Assembly (NCBI RefSeq): GCF_030144855.1
Contig: NC_082731.1
Coordinates: 24,428,001-24,492,000 of the forward strand
Direction: 5' to 3'
Origin: Hypanus sabinus
Lineage: Eukaryota
Length of the DNA: 64,000 bases
The notes under the pieces were generated by a model. It was not told where the DNA came from. It saw only the letters and a list, made by a program, of their open reading frames with translations, and searched no databases. The position numbers and the translations under genes were made by a program. Every line of letters begins with the position of its first letter. The first letter of the stretch is position 1. This document shows positions 58,251 to 64,000 of this stretch, in pieces.

Positions 58251-61200
58251 ATAATTTTATGGAAGGAGAGGTTCGATGATCCAATTCTATCACAGTTTTT
58301 GGAGATTTTGCTTTGTTCGCTGGAGTCTGAATGCATACTTCTCCATTATTTAGTTGCATTTAAATGGAGAGCTTTGGAATTTCAGTGCGTTTAAAAAAAA
58401 ACTATATTTTATGGCCCTGCGAATTTTCTTGGACATCGTCAAATTATTTTGACATCGTGTTCAGGCATAGCCGTTACTGACATTTTCATTTGGATGATGT
58501 TATGTGATTTACACTCAATGGCTCTGAATCGTCCGGCGTGTATCATGTTGGGGTGTACTATTCGTGGTCCCTTTCTAATTCATCAGTAATGTCAATACCT
58601 TCATTTGAAGGTATCGATAATTCCTAGAATGACAATCAAATGAGCAAATGAACACACATTTTGCAACATAACTTTTTGCACTATCCAAGCATTAACTCGA
58701 CCGTAGGGGCGGGTATGGTGAAACTAGTTACACGAACGCGCAGATTGCTGGCTGTGTTATCAGCAGTAATTAAGGAATAGCTTGGACATCTGAATTCAAT
58801 ACATTTAACTCCATGTTAACCTGTTAATCCAAAACACCATGCCATCTTGCTGATCAATGGGAGATGCACTGAACTATCCTGTCGAGCTCTACCTGACGAC
58901 TCTTTAATAAAAAACTGTACTGCATGCACGGCGTCACTTTAAAGGATATGCTTCAACATGTTGCAAAGGGGTCCGATGCGAGTTGCGATCTATTGTATGA
59001 ACTTGCGACTTCGATGAGCTGGATGAAAAGTTAATATCTCATGTTGATTCCTGGTCTTTTCCATCTGACTGATAAATGTCTGGAACAGAAACCAAAATTT
59101 GTATTCAATCTTCATATCTACCGTCTATTCGAGAAGAACATTTTAAAGCAGTATGTGTGCCCTGTTGCGGGGAAGACGTTTATCTTATGGCCTTCTATCC
59201 AATCCAATTACCTTATATCTCTTAGCAGCCGACTGGAAACAGCTTGTTCCTCGTTGCATGGAAAATACAGATGTTTCTTTTCAGTTATGATCGGACGTAT
59301 AGTCAAATGTTGGACACCGGCCACAGATATTGAAAGAGAGATGTAGATTACATGTGGACGGGAAGGAAATTAAATGCAATGACTCCATTCAGCACCGATC
59401 CTTAGACGATACATTTTTCGTGCAATCGTACTTAATTGTGCAATGTTTATATGAATAATAAGGTTTTGCTCAATTTAGGTAGGACGCTTTCTTACAGTGT
59501 ATGAAAGCCAAATTTGCTTCAACATCGGCTGGCTTTACAATCTTCAAGGAAAGTCTTTGAACCACATGGTGTTTTACTGCCATGACCGAGGAAATGGATC
59601 ATGAGATTAAATCTGCTTGTAGATTAAAAGACCTTCTGAACTGTTATGGATGCTAGCCAATTTAATCGGCCGTATCATCTATCATTAGTTTCCTCTGCTG
59701 ATTCTGCAGCCTATATCACATAAACATTCTGTCCTTCCTTAATATAAAGCATATGTGCTTCATAAATAAATTATATTGTCATACAAATTGGATTTTAATT
59801 CTCTCTCCCTCCATATTTTACACGTCCTCTGTTGTAAGAATCCAGTATTGCACAGTTCCCCAAGAATAAACGCTGAAAGTTTAACTGAACGGAATCAGTT
59901 CTGGTTTCTGTGCTTTAAAAAGTTGATTCCACAACAACCATCAGTGGAAGAAAGCCTGTGAAGGCGAGCCGGAACTATCGGCTTCAAAATCTGACCAGAT
60001 AGTCACTTGTTGCACTGTAAATACACGTCACATTGATATCCAGATGGATCGTTATAATTAAAAAATTTATGCTGGCGTTCGGAGACTCCAGAATGCAGGC
60101 CGCTGTGGAGAGGGAGAAGTGTGCTGACAGAGCTGCGAAATCAGAAATCAAATGATTAAGTGGCTTTACAAAAGTGTACGGTGGAAAAAGATTGGCCAGA
60201 ACGATCTTTGTTGGAGCAGGAATACACAACAAAATTTGTACGATCAGCCATGATTATTCGAACCGAAACGTTGACTGCTCCGTTCAACGGATGTTGCCCG
60301 ACCTGCTGAGTTCATCCAGCTTGTTAGTACGTCATGATTAATCTCCAGGATGGGACAACCGCAAACTGCCGTCTTCCTTCATTCCCCCTGCCTCGACGAA
60401 GTTTCCCCATCTGTATATTTAATTACTGATAATACTTACATACAGTATAAACGCATTGAATTCATGAATTTTGACAAACCGCCTGAGTAACTATTTGGAC
60501 CATGTCATTCGGGAGAGAATGCGCGAGATCACTTTATAAAAATGACGCAATAAATTTATATTACTTCACGTTCGGCCATTTCAAGTTCGTGAGGAAGGCC
60601 GTACGAAACTGGTGTCGCCTGCATGGTACTTTGCCTGCAACAACAGGAAATAATGAAGTAACCTGCAGAAAATGTTTTTGGGCTCAGCAAGGCAGGCAAC
60701 TCCTTAGAAGTGTACAAACACACTGCTGTTCAAAAAATCTTCTCACGTTGGTCAGTCGACCTCTCAGGCCTACTCTCATGTTCAATCGTGTTCAGCGCAA
60801 AATGTGTTCACCTCAGTGCTAGTTTTGAATGCAATCCCTTATGAATCATTTCCATTTTGATATAGATTTCCACAAATCTCCATGTCGAACGTACAGCGAC
60901 TGCCTCATCCACTTCCTTCAAGACAGATGTCCAACGTATCAAATCCCTTTGAAAGAATATGGTCATCGTCAGCGTTCCCATCGGTGATGATTTATTGTGA
61001 GCAATCGCTCCCTATTACTGCACAACATCTGAAGAATACTATTCACAGGATCTAGCCGCCAAACTATCACTCAATATATAGCCCCCTGTGAGTAGCAACA
61101 CAGCATGTAATCTTGATTTTTTTTTCGACAGGCCAGAAAAAACTATTCGTCAACCATTGTAGTGTCTCCATCAGAGGAATACCACGACTTGCACATATTC

Positions 61201-62499
61201 AGCAGAATACTCCGATAAATGTCAAAACATATGATGCAGCTATCAGGCCGGTACATATCTTGCTCCTTCCTGATGAACGTGAAGTGACATAAAGTGAAAT
61301 ACAATAAATTATTGTTTTTTTTTGTATTGAATGACGCTTTGCATATTATTATGACCATCACACGTATATTCACTCTCGCTTTTGAAGAAATGTTCTATAT
61401 CTTCCCTAATATTATTATCTAGCTTACATTCGCATTTCTTCTTTTCCTTATTAATAGCATATTTAGATATTTCTTAGATTTTGAATAGCTGTTCAATTTT
61501 CTAAAATAATTTTTCTGCTATTTTACTTGTCCTTGCTTTGACTTTTACGTTGAGTTTTTTTTTCGGTTTTTCCCACGGTCCTTTCATCTTTCTTTTAGAA
61601 TGCATGTCATCCTTGGATTATGTATGAACTCTTCCTTCCGAATTGCTGCCTGAATTTACAGCCATTGCTGCTCTGCCGTCAGTCGTACCAATGTTCTTGA
61701 CCAACCATTTGAGGCCAATGCCTCCGTCATTCCTCCATGATTCTCTTACTCAATTGGAATCATGTTGAATCTGGCTTTAGCTTTTCCTGCACAAATTTCA
61801 GGATATTCTCTATAACATTATGATCACTTATCTCAAAGAGTGATTTTAATTTTAAGTCTCAAATCAATTCTGCTTCTTTGCACAGCAGGTAACGCATAAC
61901 GGGTGGTCCTCTAGTGGGATCAGTCACAAGCTACTCTATATAAAAAAAAACCGTAGCACCTTGGAAATACCTACTTCTGTAACTGAGCGCCAAACTAATT
62001 TTCCAAACTCCCTTCAGAATTATCTAATCCATGAGCATTGCAACTTTGCCTTTTTGGCATACATTTACCATGTCCTATTGTAATTAGTAGGCCACATAAT
62101 AAGAAGCATTTAGGATTCTGTATGAAAATCTTTCCAGTCATTTTTACGATTGCAGTTTCCCAGAGCTACCCACACTGAATTGATACCTTCCGATCCTTTG
62201 TTACCTCTTTTTTTAAGCATACTGTGTTGAACTTCATTTCAATGTATTGTGTTGATGGACGCTCCAAGCAGCAGTATAGATACCTTCTTCAAAGTGATAA
62301 TTCTGGTCCGATTATGTGGTAATGCGTTTATGTCTAATTTGCAGAAGGTGGAGAGATGTCCGGAACGTCTATTACACAGCAGCGATGACGAATGTGTTAG
62401 ATATCCCGTTTTCTGTTTTTAAATGGTTTATGCCGCAGAGGAAAAAAAAACACACAACAACAGCTACGCTGGAAGTTTAAGTCCAATATGGGAACGTAT

Positions 62500-63794
62500 G
62501 ATGAGCGAAAGTGAATGTATCTATAATGAAAATTCTTAAAGGAATAATCTTGAAACAGGACAAGGGTGAGCCAGTGGATGTCGTGTACCTCGACTTTCAG
62601 GAAGCCTTTGATAATGTCCCCCATTGGAAATCAGTGTGCAAAATTAGAGCACATGCAATTGGGGGTAGAGTACTGAAACGGACAGAAAATTGTTTGGCGG
62701 ACAGGTATCAAACTGCAGGGATTGACGGTCACTTATCAGACTGGCAGGCAGTGACTAGTGGTGTACGCAAGGCTCGGCGCTGGGACCGCAGCTATTACAA
62801 TGTACTTTAGTGTTTTAGATGAAGAGATTAAAAATAACATTCGCAAATTTGCAGATGAAATAACAGCTGGGAGACAGTGTGAATTTTGGGGGGTGGGATG
62901 TTATGCGAATGCAGGGTGAACTGTACAGGCTGGATGAGTGGGAATATGCGTGGAAGATGCAGTTTAATGTAGATAAATGTGAGGTCATCCACTTTGGTGG
63001 AAAGAACAGGCAGAAGAATTATTGTCTGAATGGTGTCAAGTTAGGAAAAGTGAAAGTGCAACGAGCTGAAGTGCCAACGAGATCAGGAGATCAAGAGATC
63101 AGTTAATGAAAGTATCCATGCGGGTACAGCAGCTACTGAAATAAGCTAATGACATGTTGGCCTTCTTAACAAGAGGAGTTGATATACGAGCAAAGACGTC
63201 CTTCTGCAGTTGTGCAGAGCCCTGGTGAGACTACACTTGTAGTATTGTGTCAAGTTTTAGTCTCCAAATTTGAGGAAGGACATTCTCGCTACTGAGGGAG
63301 GCCAGTGTACTTTCACGCGGCTAATTTCCAGGATGGCTGGGCTGTCATATGTTGAAATAATGGAGCGACTGGGCTTGTATATACTGGAATTTAGAAGTAT
63401 GAAAGCAGATGTGATTGAAACATATAAGATTATTAAGTGACTGGACACGCGGGAGGCAGGATACATGCTTCCGATGTGGGGGGAGTCCTGAACCAAAGGA
63501 CACAGTATAACAATAAGTGATGGAACATTTCGAGAGGAATTGAGGAAACACTTTTCACCAAGAGAGGTGTGGACTCGTGGAATGCTCAGCCTCAGAAAGC
63601 AGTGGAGGCCAATTCTCTGGATGTTTTCAAGAATGACATAGATAGAGCTCTTAAAGATAGCTGAGTCAAGGGACATGAGGCGAAGGCTGAAACGGAGTAC
63701 GGTTTATGGATAATCAGTCATGTTCACAGTGAATGGCGGCGCTGCCTCGTGATGCCGGATGGCGTACTCTTCCACCTATTGTCTATTGTCTATT
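62500..63794 (+). mobile_element. CR1 RT/3' fragment, older member of the (CTATTGT)n-tailed family
   Basis: GEPVDVVYLDFQEAFDNVPH..IRAHAIGGRVL; QFNVDKCEVIHFGGKN; ends tccacctattgtctattgtctatt. Confidence 0.9.
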
Positions 63795-64000
63795 CAAAAC
63801 CGTTCACTTTGATGAGTGGCTGACATAATGCGTACGTAGTGATGAATGAGGCCAGAGAGGCAGCATTCTTAATCACTTTAATATAAATGATGGAATCAGA
63901 AATATGTTAAAGAAGGTCAGGCATTGTTCAATTATATGGGGTATGGTACTGCAAGAGTAAACAGCAGGCAAACGATCTGGACATTGATTACGGTGTTCAG

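Noticed and set aside
60500-61373. Inverted similarity between ~60545 (+) and ~61280 (-)
   Set aside because: Both look like short decayed LINE 3' fragments in opposite orientation, not a hairpin or transposon TIR.
1-64000. CRISPR arrays, rRNA or tRNA genes, prokaryotic systems
   Set aside because: None seen; the DNA is eukaryotic, intron-containing and TE-rich.

Overview
Vertebrate genomic DNA, almost certainly from a cartilaginous fish (inferred from the Ig gene organisation and the CR1-dominated repeats; a ray is plausible but unproven). The first ~9 kb hold, on the minus strand, an unrearranged immunoglobulin heavy-chain mini-cluster: leader (8794-8839), one VH exon (8346-8647), D1 (7920-7933), D2 (7640-7650), one JH (7198-7245), CH1 (2559-2861) and CH2 (126-431). 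Further constant exons would lie off the left edge. All six RSSs can be read and obey the 12/23 rule (V23-12D1-23-12D2-12-23J), and all splice junctions are phase 1 and in frame. The domains are IgM (mu)-like but divergent, and the VH carries Leu in place of the near-invariant FR2 Trp. After a 340-N gap (10013-10352) the remaining ~54 kb show no recognisable host gene and are a layered transposon field. It includes many CR1 LINEs (one near-intact at 42290-46707), Rex1/Babar-, L2- and L1-like relics, and a chromodomain Gypsy element (38250-51501) split by nested CR1s. It also holds a solo LTR and two Tc1 relics, one strikingly similar to Sleeping Beauty. The cluster-type V(D)J system is established biology. 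The less expected points are the divergent IgM lineage, the Trp-to-Leu change, the Sleeping Beauty-like element, a 2.1-kb-spaced duplication and the reconstructable nesting. All family assignments are by manual reading and recalled consensus sequences, not database searches.
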